This document shows positions 27,495 to 37,600 of a stretch of 64,000 bases of DNA, one piece after another. This DNA comes from an uncultured Candidatus Saccharibacteria bacterium (GTDB lineage Bacteria; Patescibacteriota; Saccharimonadia; Saccharimonadales; EFPC-124). Made by a program: the position numbers and the translations under genes. Each line of letters opens with the position of its first letter. Position 1 is the stretch's first letter. The notes beneath the pieces are model-generated. The model searched no databases, had not been told where the DNA came from, and saw only the letters and a list, made by a program, of their open reading frames with translations. The stretch covers positions 1,865 through 65,864 of the forward strand of contig CAZPGP010000001.1 of NCBI GenBank assembly GCA_964586395.1, in the 5' to 3' direction.

Positions 27495-29186
27495 ATGGAA
27501 TCATCAATCTTCGCCCAACTCAGCCTTGTTATTGCCGTCGTGGCCATCGTTTCGATTATCATGAAGCTCCTCCGCCAGCCGCTGATCGTTGGCTACATCC
27601 TGACCGGTATTCTGGTTGGACCGTCATTCCTGCACCTCATTCAGGACAAAGAAACTTTCGAAGGATTCAGCAAGATCGGTATCGCTCTCTTGCTGTTTAT
27701 CATCGGCCTTGGGCTGAACCTCGACATTATCCGCAAGCTCGGCAAGACAGTCCTGACCGTCGCCATCCTCGAGATCGGCGCCATGATGATCTTGGGCTAC
27801 CTGGTCTCTATTGCCATCGGGCTCAGCAGTATGGACGCGCTGTTCATTGGCGCAGCGCTGACGTTCAGCAGCACCATTATCATCGTGAAGGTCCTGAACG
27901 ACAAACGTGAGCAAACCCGTCTGTATGGCCAAATTTGTATCGGCATTCTGCTGGTCGAGGATATCGCGGCAACTATCGCGCTGTTAGTTCTATCAACCAA
28001 CGGCAACGGGGGCGGATTCTCGCCGCTTGAGCTGGGGATACTTGCAGCAAAAGGTATCGGCCTGGCCGGCATACTCGCACTGGTTAGCACCAAGATTCTC
28101 CCCCGCCTCAGCAAATTCATCGCCTCATCGCAGGAGCTCCTATTCCTGTTCGCTATCGCTTGGGGATTCGGCGTTGCAACGCTCTTCGCTATGGCCGGCT
28201 TCTCGCTCGAGGTTGGCGCGCTGTTTGCCGGAGTAAGCCTAGCAGGCCTGCCCTATGCGCAGGAAATCGCCGCCCGCCTGAAACCGCTGCGCGACTTCTT
28301 CGTTGTCGTATTCTTCATCGTTCTGGGCGAAGGCCTGGAATTACATAACCTCGGTCAGGCGATCCTGCCGGCAATTGCACTGTCACTGATCGTCATCCTA
28401 TTTAAGCCATTGATGGTCATGATGGGTCTGGGCTTCCTGGGCTACACTAAGCGCACAAGCTTCAAGGCCGGACTGCCGATCGCACAGATTAGTGAGTTCT
28501 CGCTGATCCTCATCGTCCTGGCGCAGAGCTATGGTCTCGTCACTCCGCAGACCAGCGCTATCGTGACACTTGTCGCTATCATCACTATCGGCGCCACAAC
28601 CTATCTGATGCACTACGACGACCAGCTATACGCCGGACTCGAGCACCGCCTGCGCCTATTTGAACGCCGCGTGGTCAAGGAAGACAATAAGTCCAATATC
28701 GATTACCCCATTGTGATGTTTGGCTACCACAAGGGCGGCCAAGAATTCGCCAAAGTCTTCCGTGAGATGCGCCGCCGATTCATCGTGGTAGACTACAACC
28801 CAGATGTCATCGAGCAGCTAGAACGCCAACGCATGAACTTCATGTACGGTGACGCCACCGACCCTGAGCTCTTGCATGAGCTCAACATCACCAAGACCAA
28901 ACTGATCGTCAGCGTCATGGTCGACTTCCCTACAAACCTCAGTCTGCTCAAGCACGTCGCCCACGAAAATCCAGATGCTATCTTCATCTGTCACGCCGAC
29001 ACGTTCGAGGAAGCCAATGAGCTCTACAACCACGGCGCGACATACATCATGATGCCGTACCTAATAGGCAGCGAAAAGATCGGCAACTTCCTGAAACGCA
29101 CCAGCCTCGACAAAAAAGACTTCGATAACTACCGCGACCGTCACCTTACGCAGCTCGAAAGTCAGCTGCGAGCTGCGCAGCGATAA
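27495..29186 (+). CDS. Kef-type cation:proton antiporter (CPA2) with TrkA-N/RCK domain
   Basis: LLFIIGL, FSST.II.K.L.D, GILLVED, GALFAG, PLRDFF, QISEFS, VVDYNP, YGDATD. Confidence 0.92.
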   Translation: MESSIFAQLSLVIAVVAIVSIIMKLLRQPLIVGYILTGILVGPSFLHLIQDKETFEGFSKIGIALLLFIIGLGLNLDIIRKLGKTVLTVAILEIGAMMILGYLVSIAIGLSSMDALFIGAALTFSSTIIIVKVLNDKREQTRLYGQICIGILLVEDIAATIALLVLSTNGNGGGFSPLELGILAAKGIGLAGILALVSTKILPRLSKFIASSQELLFLFAIAWGFGVATLFAMAGFSLEVGALFAGVSLAGLPYAQEIAARLKPLRDFFVVVFFIVLGEGLELHNLGQAILPAIALSLIVILFKPLMVMMGLGFLGYTKRTSFKAGLPIAQISEFSLILIVLAQSYGLVTPQTSAIVTLVAIITIGATTYLMHYDDQLYAGLEHRLRLFERRVVKEDNKSNIDYPIVMFGYHKGGQEFAKVFREMRRRFIVVDYNPDVIEQLERQRMNFMYGDATDPELLHELNITKTKLIVSVMVDFPTNLSLLKHVAHENPDAIFICHADTFEEANELYNHGATYIMMPYLIGSEKIGNFLKRTSLDKKDFDNYRDRHLTQLESQLRAAQR

Positions 29187-30972
29187 TCGCCTCTAGCTGC
29201 TCGGCAGCTGCGCCTTTGATCTGCTGACCCGCTTCGTCGGTATAGTGCAATTGCGCGCCGCCGACTACGGTCAGAAGTGTACGTCGGAACTTCGCACCAC
29301 CCAGCTCGTAGGTTTCGCCGTTCCGAAGCTTTGGTGAAATAATAGCAGCGCTCTGCTGTTCGTTGTCGGCCGAATCCTCGCGGTTACGGTTCGGATCGAG
29401 CAGTGACTTGGTCTCGCCTGTCGCTTTGTTCAGGACCATTCGACACTCATCATCCAGGCACTCAATAGTCGCCGTGCTGTCGCGGGCATCCACATTCTTT
29501 TCGCAGAACGGACAATGCACGTCGCGACGGATTGTGTAGCCGTACAGCTGGATACGCAGACAATGCGCAGCCTCTTCCTCTTGCATGCGTATCGCCTGTT
29601 CTAATGAAACGCCCAGCTGGTTTGCTAGTTTGGCTGCGGCGCCCATTCCTGTTTCGCCAGTGCTGAGGCCAGATACACCGGTTGCCGTTTCACAGCCAGC
29701 AAATGTTTCGCCATTGGCTGCGGCTTCCGAACCGTTTGCGCTCACGGCGTCGGCATAAGCTCCCATAAAATCCCCATCGTCGACATAGTTGAGCTGTTCG
29801 ACCTGGCCTGTCTCGTTGAACTGCCGGTAGAGGCGCGTGATGGTCGCGTGATGGTCGTAAATTAACAGCTCACGACAGCTGAGCGCCATATCGGCCGTAA
29901 CTTTACCGCCAAATAATTGAATGCGGAGACGGTCAAGCTTGTCTTGGGAGAGCACGCTCTGCCCTACCCCTTCTTGTGCGCTCAGGCATTTCAGTAAATA
30001 ACCCTGAAGATGCGGGCTCAGCTCTCGGCCACCGAGGTGCTGGGCTAGTAACTCATTAAAGGCCTTGTAACCAGCCCAATAATCCTCGGTGTGATCACGG
30101 AAAAATTCATGCGCATCGACAGAGTCGTCGACACGACCGAACTTGTGAGCCTCGCCCGTCTGAGCCTCCATGGCCGCGTCGTATATAGAGGCGCGCGCGG
30201 CAGTCACGACCTCAATAGGCTGGGAAGTTGTGTTCTCGTAGCTCAGGAACCGGCCATATTCGTGCGAAGTCAGCAATGCAAAGCTGACGTTGTCGTAGCC
30301 CGAAGCTTGCAGTACCGCGGCGTGTGCGGTCAAGTTGCTGCTGTCCAGACGGGTTGCGCTGAGCTCGAGCCGACCATCTGGCAATCGACGCGCAGTGTAG
30401 TCAAATGATTTGCGATTCTCGAGGTCGTAGAATCGTGAGTTCAATAGCCGCGTCGCTTCATCGCGGTCCACGGGCAGCTCATCTGGATTTGGGCACGCCG
30501 AGATCATATGAATCGTATCGGGCGAACTGTGGTCGCGCATCATCCGCTCGATAGCTTCATAGAACTCCATGAACAACTCGTCGCGGCGGAGCTGAAAGGC
30601 GAGTCCCGGCTCGTCAGCAACTGCGGCTCGCACATTATCCAAACCATTCTGGTACACATCACGCAAGGTTAGACGTGGATTCACGCCGTCAGCCTCCTTC
30701 ACGATGATATCTTGACCGTCATATCGGAACCGATCGACATGCATGTGCGGTGCGTTTAGAACCTCGGCACCCCAGGTCCGCTCCTCTACATCAAATCGTT
30801 CCCACGTCTCATCCAGGACCTGGCCGTGATTGCGAATGTCTTCAACCAGCATGCGCGTGCTCGCGAACCGGGGGTCGCCCGTCTCGCGCTGTTCCCATGC
30901 ACGATAGGCCTCGTACCGTTGCTGGTCCAAGTCAGCCCGCTGCTCCGCAATATTTACTGCCGCTACCGTCAT
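29146..30972 (-). CDS. hypothetical protein with C-terminal Zn-ribbon (CPFC...C...C)
   Basis: 608-aa ORF; no recognisable enzyme motif; HCPFCEK...IECLDDEC. Confidence 0.75.
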   Translation of the reverse strand: MTVAAVNIAEQRADLDQQRYEAYRAWEQRETGDPRFASTRMLVEDIRNHGQVLDETWERFDVEERTWGAEVLNAPHMHVDRFRYDGQDIIVKEADGVNPRLTLRDVYQNGLDNVRAAVADEPGLAFQLRRDELFMEFYEAIERMMRDHSSPDTIHMISACPNPDELPVDRDEATRLLNSRFYDLENRKSFDYTARRLPDGRLELSATRLDSSNLTAHAAVLQASGYDNVSFALLTSHEYGRFLSYENTTSQPIEVVTAARASIYDAAMEAQTGEAHKFGRVDDSVDAHEFFRDHTEDYWAGYKAFNELLAQHLGGRELSPHLQGYLLKCLSAQEGVGQSVLSQDKLDRLRIQLFGGKVTADMALSCRELLIYDHHATITRLYRQFNETGQVEQLNYVDDGDFMGAYADAVSANGSEAAANGETFAGCETATGVSGLSTGETGMGAAAKLANQLGVSLEQAIRMQEEEAAHCLRIQLYGYTIRRDVHCPFCEKNVDARDSTATIECLDDECRMVLNKATGETKSLLDPNRNREDSADNEQQSAAIISPKLRNGETYELGGAKFRRTLLTVVGGAQLHYTDEAGQQIKGAAAEQLEAIIAAQLAADFRAA

Positions 30973-30981
30973 TTGGAATAT

Positions 30982-31011
30982 AAAAAACCTCTTCCCGTGC
31001 TAGAAAAGAGG
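30982..31011 (-). terminator. leader (attenuator) terminator upstream of the 29146-30972 gene
   Basis: Minus strand CCTCTTTTCTAGCACGGGAAGAGG-TTTTTT, ending ~10 nt before the ATG. Confidence 0.7.
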
Positions 31012-31034
31012 CCTCAAAGAGACTTGCTTTGGCT

Positions 31035-31150
31035 CGCTTCCTGCTCGGGAATAACATTACACCTTGGGTGTGTCGGACTTCGAAACGCTGAGGTTTCGTT
31101 ACCGTTGCGGCACAGTTCACGATTCGCACGTGATTCCGCCCAAAGGAATG
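31035..31150 (-). ncRNA. cobalamin riboswitch-like leader
   Basis: Minus strand CCTTTGGGCG-GAA-TCACG TGCGAAT CGTGA-ACTGTGCCGC-AACGGTAA-CGAAAC..GTTTCG-AAGTCCGA-CACACCCAAGG. This fits the B12-element core, with compensatory CGG/CCG in P6; TGGTATACT promoter at 31177-31185. Confidence 0.72.
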
Positions 31151-31224
31151 GATAATTGTTAAGTTTGGTCTACCTTAGTATACCACCACGGCTGGTGCTC
31201 CGTGCTGTAAAATACACACTATAC

Positions 31225-31650
31225 TTAGGGTTTGACTGTGCCTTGCGGCTGGGTCTGGCCTTGCGCTTGACCCTGGGCTGAATCGATAGCAACGGGGCCA
31301 ACATTGATAATCTGATTCTGTGATTCACGATACAAGATTGCGATGCGGCTCTTGGGATAGACCAAGACATGATCGCCATTCTCGACGTTCTTGAAGAACG
31401 GCTGATCCTTAACCTTACTCTTGTCGCTCACTTCCGCGACAGTTGGGTCTTCATCCTTGGGAAGGGCGTAGAGTTTGCCTACCTTACTGAGCAATCGCGC
31501 GGTGTTCTCTTTAGCTACAACGTCAGGGCTGTTCTTTAGGTCAGTGTATTGCTTATAGAAGAAGACCGCCAAGCCGCCGGCTATGACCAGCAAAATCGCC
31601 GAGATAATCAGAACTGGTTTGGTATGCACTCGCGGCAACGAAATAGCCAT
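31225..31650 (-). CDS. hypothetical single-TM protein
   Basis: GGAGG SD; LP..E.PTVA.V.D..K.K.QPFF.N.ENGD.VLVY....AILYR pattern. Confidence 0.75.
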   Translation of the reverse strand: MAISLPRVHTKPVLIISAILLVIAGGLAVFFYKQYTDLKNSPDVVAKENTARLLSKVGKLYALPKDEDPTVAEVSDKSKVKDQPFFKNVENGDHVLVYPKSRIAILYRESQNQIINVGPVAIDSAQGQAQGQTQPQGTVKP

Positions 31651-31699
31651 TAACTTCCTCCGATGTTATCTCTAATCTTAAGCGAGTTGAGCGCTAGCG

Positions 31700-34600
31700 T
31701 CAATTTGCCGCATTCGCGCTCAAGGCCGACCAGTTGAAATGGACATCGGCGGCCTGCGTTTGGCTGAGTTCTACCAGGAACTTATCCTTGGCGACTTCCT
31801 TCACTCGGTAGCTGCCACTGACGAATTCTTCTGGGGTGACGTTCACGACCGGCTTCTCGGTGTGCTGGCGGCTGAAGGTGACTGTGGCCGTCTTCTGCCC
31901 AGCTGGAATCGTAACCGTGCCAGCTGTGTTGCTGCTGAAGGTGACGTTCTTGTTGAAGGCGACGTTGCCGTCGAATGTAGCATCACCATTGAACTTGATA
32001 CCGCCGTTGAAGGTCACGAAGCCATTGAACGTTGCATCATTGGCGACCAAACCGCCGCTCCAAACACCCTGCTGGAAGGCGCTGAGGTTGGTCTTCTGGA
32101 AGCTGCCGTACAGGACCGAAATCTTCTTGTGCTTCTTGCCGCCGATTAGTTGTGTCTCGCCCGACCAAGTGACGTTCTGTGCAGCGCGCGCGATGACGTA
32201 GCTGGTTGGGAATTGACCTTCGTCTTTCATAGCGTGACCGGCTGTATCAGAGCTAATCAGGAAGTCACCCGGCTGGATATCCTGGCCGTCATCCACAACC
32301 CACATGTCGCCGTTACCGACGGCCGCAACCAGGTTTGCATTGTCGAACATATCGAACGGTAGCTCTGGATTCATGCGGCTCAGGAATGTGCCCATCGCGG
32401 CTGGATCGTTGGCGGTTGTCGTGCGCTCAACGCCGTAGGTTGGCTCGGCAGATTCATCCTGACCTGGGCGACTGTTGTTCTCACCGGTCATGCGGACTAA
32501 TTCGCCGCGTTGCAGGTTCTGGTTACTCCATGTGTAGTGCGAGCCAGTAAAGGCGTTGTAGCTGACCGTTGTACCGTTGATCGAGATCGAGCCTTGCAGT
32601 GTGCCAGCCTGCGCAAAGCCAAGCAGTGTGCCGGCGTTACTACGGTTGAAGTCCACCAGGTCACCACTTGGGCTGGTCGTCGGGTTGAAGTAAGTGTAGG
32701 TGCTCTTGAAGTCGGTGCGCGACTGGTCGTGATACAGGATCATGCCGATGTACTGCGTACCGGTAAAGCCTGCACCCGACCACGCCGAGAAGTACAGACC
32801 AGCGCCGGCAGCCTCAAAGTCTAGAGAACTGCCACTCGTGCGCATGCGGTACTGCTTGCCAGGTGTATCGATATTATCGGCGATTGTTAGGCCAGCTGTG
32901 TCCAGCTTTACGCGGTTCGTATCGTTATAGGACATGTAAATTCCGAGCCGGCCGTTTAGCTGTAATGCGTCGGTGTCGCCCGTACCGTACTCACCCACCC
33001 AGGCCTGGTCAACGTCACCGAAGTGCAAGCGACCGCCGCCGCCGAACGAACCGGTGCCCAGGATCATGACGCCCTCGTCTTCGATACGCATTCGCACATC
33101 GCCAGCTGCATCGTTGACCGTAAATCTAAGTCCGGCCAGACCATGAAGCTCTAGCACGTCGCTGTCAGTCGACTCCTCAGACTCACCAATAAAGATGTTG
33201 CCGACACCGCTTCCAAAGTCGCCGATATACATTTTTGCGCTCGCTGTCAAACCGCTGCTTACTTTGCCCAGCATTACACGGCTGTTTGTCGTGTCTACGC
33301 TGAGCATTTCGACGTTACCAGCGTTCAGAATGCGGAATGCAGCCGTGCTGTTGGTAGTGTTCTTGAGCGTTGTGGCGCCCGTGCTGCTAACCGTCAAGAA
33401 GTCAGCAGTTGCGTTGGCGAGCTGTAATGCGTCGCTGCTACCGCTTTGGTACACGCGTAGGCCTACCGTCGTACCCGTCGAGACATGTAGTTTGGCTGAC
33501 GGAGCGCCAGCAATAACACCAATCGCGACGCGCTCGTTCGTAGTGTCGACGCGTAGAATTTCGTTACCACCGCCGCCCACCGAAGCCTTCACAACCATAC
33601 TGCTCAAGCTGTTGGTTGCCGGCTGAATAGTCATATTGCTGGCGTAAACATCACCATATACTGCAGCCGTTTGGGTACCAACCGGCAGGGACGCAGTGTA
33701 AGCCGTCTCTGGAGTCCAATCCCATTGGCCGTTCGTGTCGATATTCAGCGTAGGCGCGTAGTACAAACGCTCGAAAGCAGTTGTGTTGCGAACCCACAGC
33801 TCGACAACCGTGCCGGCACCGTTGTTTTGTGTAGTTACCATCTTGAAGTCAGACGAAGTAATATTCTGAGCCGTACCGTTCATCGTGAGATTGAGTAGCG
33901 GTGCGCTGGCCAGCGGATCTTGCTGCTTCACGCGTGCGCTAATAGTCGCCTGGGTGTTGCCAGAGGTCGTGCCGTTCGTACCACCCAAGACATTTATGAC
34001 CGCCGCACATAACCCATACTGGAACGTAATAGTACAGCTACCCATCTTGGTCCACTTGTTGGCGTCGACGCCTAGCGTATCCGGCGTCCACATACCCGTC
34101 TGCTGAATTGCGCCTGTTACGTCCAATGCAGTTTGCGGCGTGGTGTTGTTAATGCCAACACGGTTATTGAGAGTGTCGACATCAAAGATACTGGAGTCGC
34201 CCGAGTCAACAATGTTGAAGCCGGTCGTCGAATCGGTCGTCGTCTTGTGGACGGTTGCACCTGTTCGGCTCACATTCATCACACTCGTGCCGCCGTTCTG
34301 GAGGTCGATCAGTCTGTTTACGCCACCACCAGCTGCCGTGTACGTTGGGTTAACCAACAGTGCGGTCGAGTTGCCGGCACCGCCACCGGCGAAGTTCACG
34401 ACCGGATTTACTGCAAGGCCGACAAATGTCGCGGTTGAGCTTGCCGTTGGGTTGAAGTTGGGCGAAATGACGTTAAACATCTTCGTACCGCTCGTATCGT
34501 TGTAGTCGCCGGAGCCGACGGAATAACGAATCGGGCTGCCACCCACCGAGCTTGCAACTTGCAGAATATCGGCGGTCTGGCCGCTGACTTGGCGAAGCTT

Positions 34601-37600
34601 CACGGCTACAGAATCCGCAGCGCTGCCCTGAACTTCCAGCGCACCAGAACCCCAGAATGAGCTGCCGCCCGTGATGGCGAAGCGACCGTACTGTTCGTTG
34701 TAGATGACTCGATCCACGCCGTCGGCGCTCTGGATATTGAACAGCGAGTTGCTGTTCAGTCCGCCCTCGCCGTAGCCGCGTATGGTCAGACCGTAGCTGT
34801 TTGCATTCGGCGTGGTTGCGCCGATGGTGACCGGAGCCGTTATGGCGATTGCACCTTCCCGGTATGGCGTAGCGGTTGAGCCGGTTTGGATCTGAACGCC
34901 ATCGATGAACCAGCTACGAGCTGTGGCGTCGCTCTGCTTTATATATATGTAGCTGTTGGTGATGGTCGCACCCGTTGTGAACGTACAGCTATATCGGCCC
35001 CAACTAGAGTTGATCTGCTGGCTCGTCAAACAACTCACCTCGGTGCCACTAATGTCTGCGCGGCCGAGGCTAATAGTCGAGAAGCTACCAGCGCTCACCT
35101 TGGCGTTAAAGGTCAACGTGTACTGCGTGCTTGGCGCCAGCGTGACGTTATATTTGGCGCCTTCATTGATGTCAGCATTGGTTGTAATCTTCAACGACGC
35201 TGCGCCGAACATAGCCTGCGTCGTGTCTCGCGCAAGTGTCGAGTCACCGGCGGTGTTACCCGTCAGGCCAACCCAGCCGGTCGTGTTGGTTTCGATGCTG
35301 GCGTTCGTGATCATGTTTGGCGTGGTAGTGTCGACGTTCAGTACGTCGTTGCCAATGGCGTTCTGAATCTTGAAAGCGGCCGTCGAATTCGTGGAGTTTT
35401 TGAACGCCGTAGCGCCATCTGTGCCGATGGTCGCGACGGTGGTGTTGTTTGTTTCGAACGCCAGCGATTGAGCGTTATTAGTGCCGAGCGTCATCGTACC
35501 ACTCGGGGTGTTGCCGCCCATGCAGGCGAAGTTACCGCCCACGTTACAGCTGACATTTGTGCCGATATCGGTCGACAACGCCCAGGCGCTGCCATTCCAC
35601 TGCCAGAACTGGCCGGTTGACGAGCCATTAGCGAATGTAATGGTTGGATTTTGCCCGCCCGTACTGCTAATGGCACCGGAACCCGCCACGCTCAGAACCC
35701 CGCTGTTGCTGACAGTTACGTTCGTCGTGCCGCTGAGACCAATACCCGGTCCGGCTGTTAGGAATGAAGCCATGTTGCTGTACTGCAGCGCCGTTGCGCC
35801 ACCATTTACGTTGAGAATTTGACCCGCGCTACCGAGGGCGGTGAGGTTAGTACCACCGTTTGCGACTGGTAGCGTGCCCGTCACCTCCGTCGTGAGACTT
35901 ACCGACGTACCCAGTGTCGTATCCAGAACGCCCGAGTTAAAGGCTAGCCCTGAGCCGGTCAGATCAGTGAAGGCCTCGCCGTTAATCGTAAACGTTTGAC
36001 CGGTCGTAATGGTCGCGCCGGCTCCCATCGTCTGGCGCGCACTCCAGGTATTAGCGCTCCCCAGGTTGATCGACAGACCGCTCGAAGTCTTGTTGAGTGT
36101 TGCGCCGTTCAGCTCCAGGCTGAACACCGTGCCAGTTAACTCGATGCCCTGGCCGTCAGCCGTATACGTTGTGTTGGTGTCCGTATCAACGTCCGCGGCA
36201 CAGGCCCATTCACCACTCACTGAGGTCGCTTTGAGGATTTGGTTCTGAGTACAAACCCCCAGGCCGAACTGCGTACCAACCAAGCGCAGACCGCCATTGG
36301 TCAGTGCCGAATACGTCGTGTTCGTGTCGGTATCAACGTCCGCTGCACACACAAACGCCGTGCCGCTCCACTGCAACTTATCCGTACCACTACAGGTCGG
36401 GCTGTTGATGCCAACGGTATTGCTGGCAACCTGGAGACCATTGCCCGGATTAACCGCCAAAGTATAGGGACTGCCTGCAGTTCCGGCGCCAGATCGGACC
36501 AAGCCAGAGTTGCTGCCCGTCCCGCCGGTCACCTCATTGCCAATAACTGCGTCCTGTTCAGTCGGCAGACTCGCCAACTCCCATGAGTCGCCGTCCCACT
36601 GCCAGAACTGACCAGCGGTAGAACCGTTTGCAAATGTTAGGCTTGGTGTCTGTCCGCCTGTACTGGTGACTGGACCGGAGCCAGCGACACTTAGGACGCC
36701 GTTGTTGGTAACGGTGACGGTGTTCGTACCGCTTAGGCCGATGCCCGTGCCGGCGCTCAACAGCGAGCTTAAGTTCTTGTATTCCAGCGACGTGCCGCCA
36801 GAGTTCACGCCCAGCAGTTGGTTGGATGTCCCTAATGCGTTCAGGCCTGTGCCACCATTCCCTACCGGCAATGTGCCGACGACTTCGCTAGTGAGATCAA
36901 CCGACGTGCCAAGCGTCGTCTGCAGTGACCCGGTGTTGATAGTCAGGCCCGTGCCCGTAAGGTCTGTAAAGGCATCGCCATTAACCGTGAGTGATTGACC
37001 AGCGCCAATGGTCGCGCCAGCATTGAACGTCTGCGCGCCTGTCCAGGTATTTGCGTTGGCAAGATTAAGCGCGAGGCCGGCCGCACCCTTGCTCAGGCTC
37101 GCGCCATTTAGCTCGAGACCGAATGTCGTGCCCGTCAACTCGATACCCTGACCATCAGCAGAGTATGTTGTGTTGGAGTCGGTGTCGTCCGCACAGGCAT
37201 ACTCGCCACTCGTGGACGTTGCCTTCAGTATCTGGCCCGCGCTGCAGACCCCCAGGCCAAACTGCGTGCCGACCAAGCGCAGCCCTCCGTTGCTAATCGT
37301 CGAATAAGTCGTGTCGGTGTCGGCATCAGCAGAACAGATAAACGCGCTACCGTCCCATTGCAACTTGTCGGTGCCAGCGCAGGTTGGGCTGTTTACACCA
37401 ATTGCGTTACTGGTAACTTGCAGGCCGCTCCCCGTGTTAACCGCCAATGTGTACGGGTTGCCACCGGTCCCCGTACCGGTTCGAGTCAGGCCAGAGTTGC
37501 TACCCGTGCCGCCCACGACTTCGTTGCCGATAACCGCGTCTTGCTCGGCAGGCAGGAAAGCCAATGCCCAGGCGCTACCATTCCACTGCCAGAATTGCCC

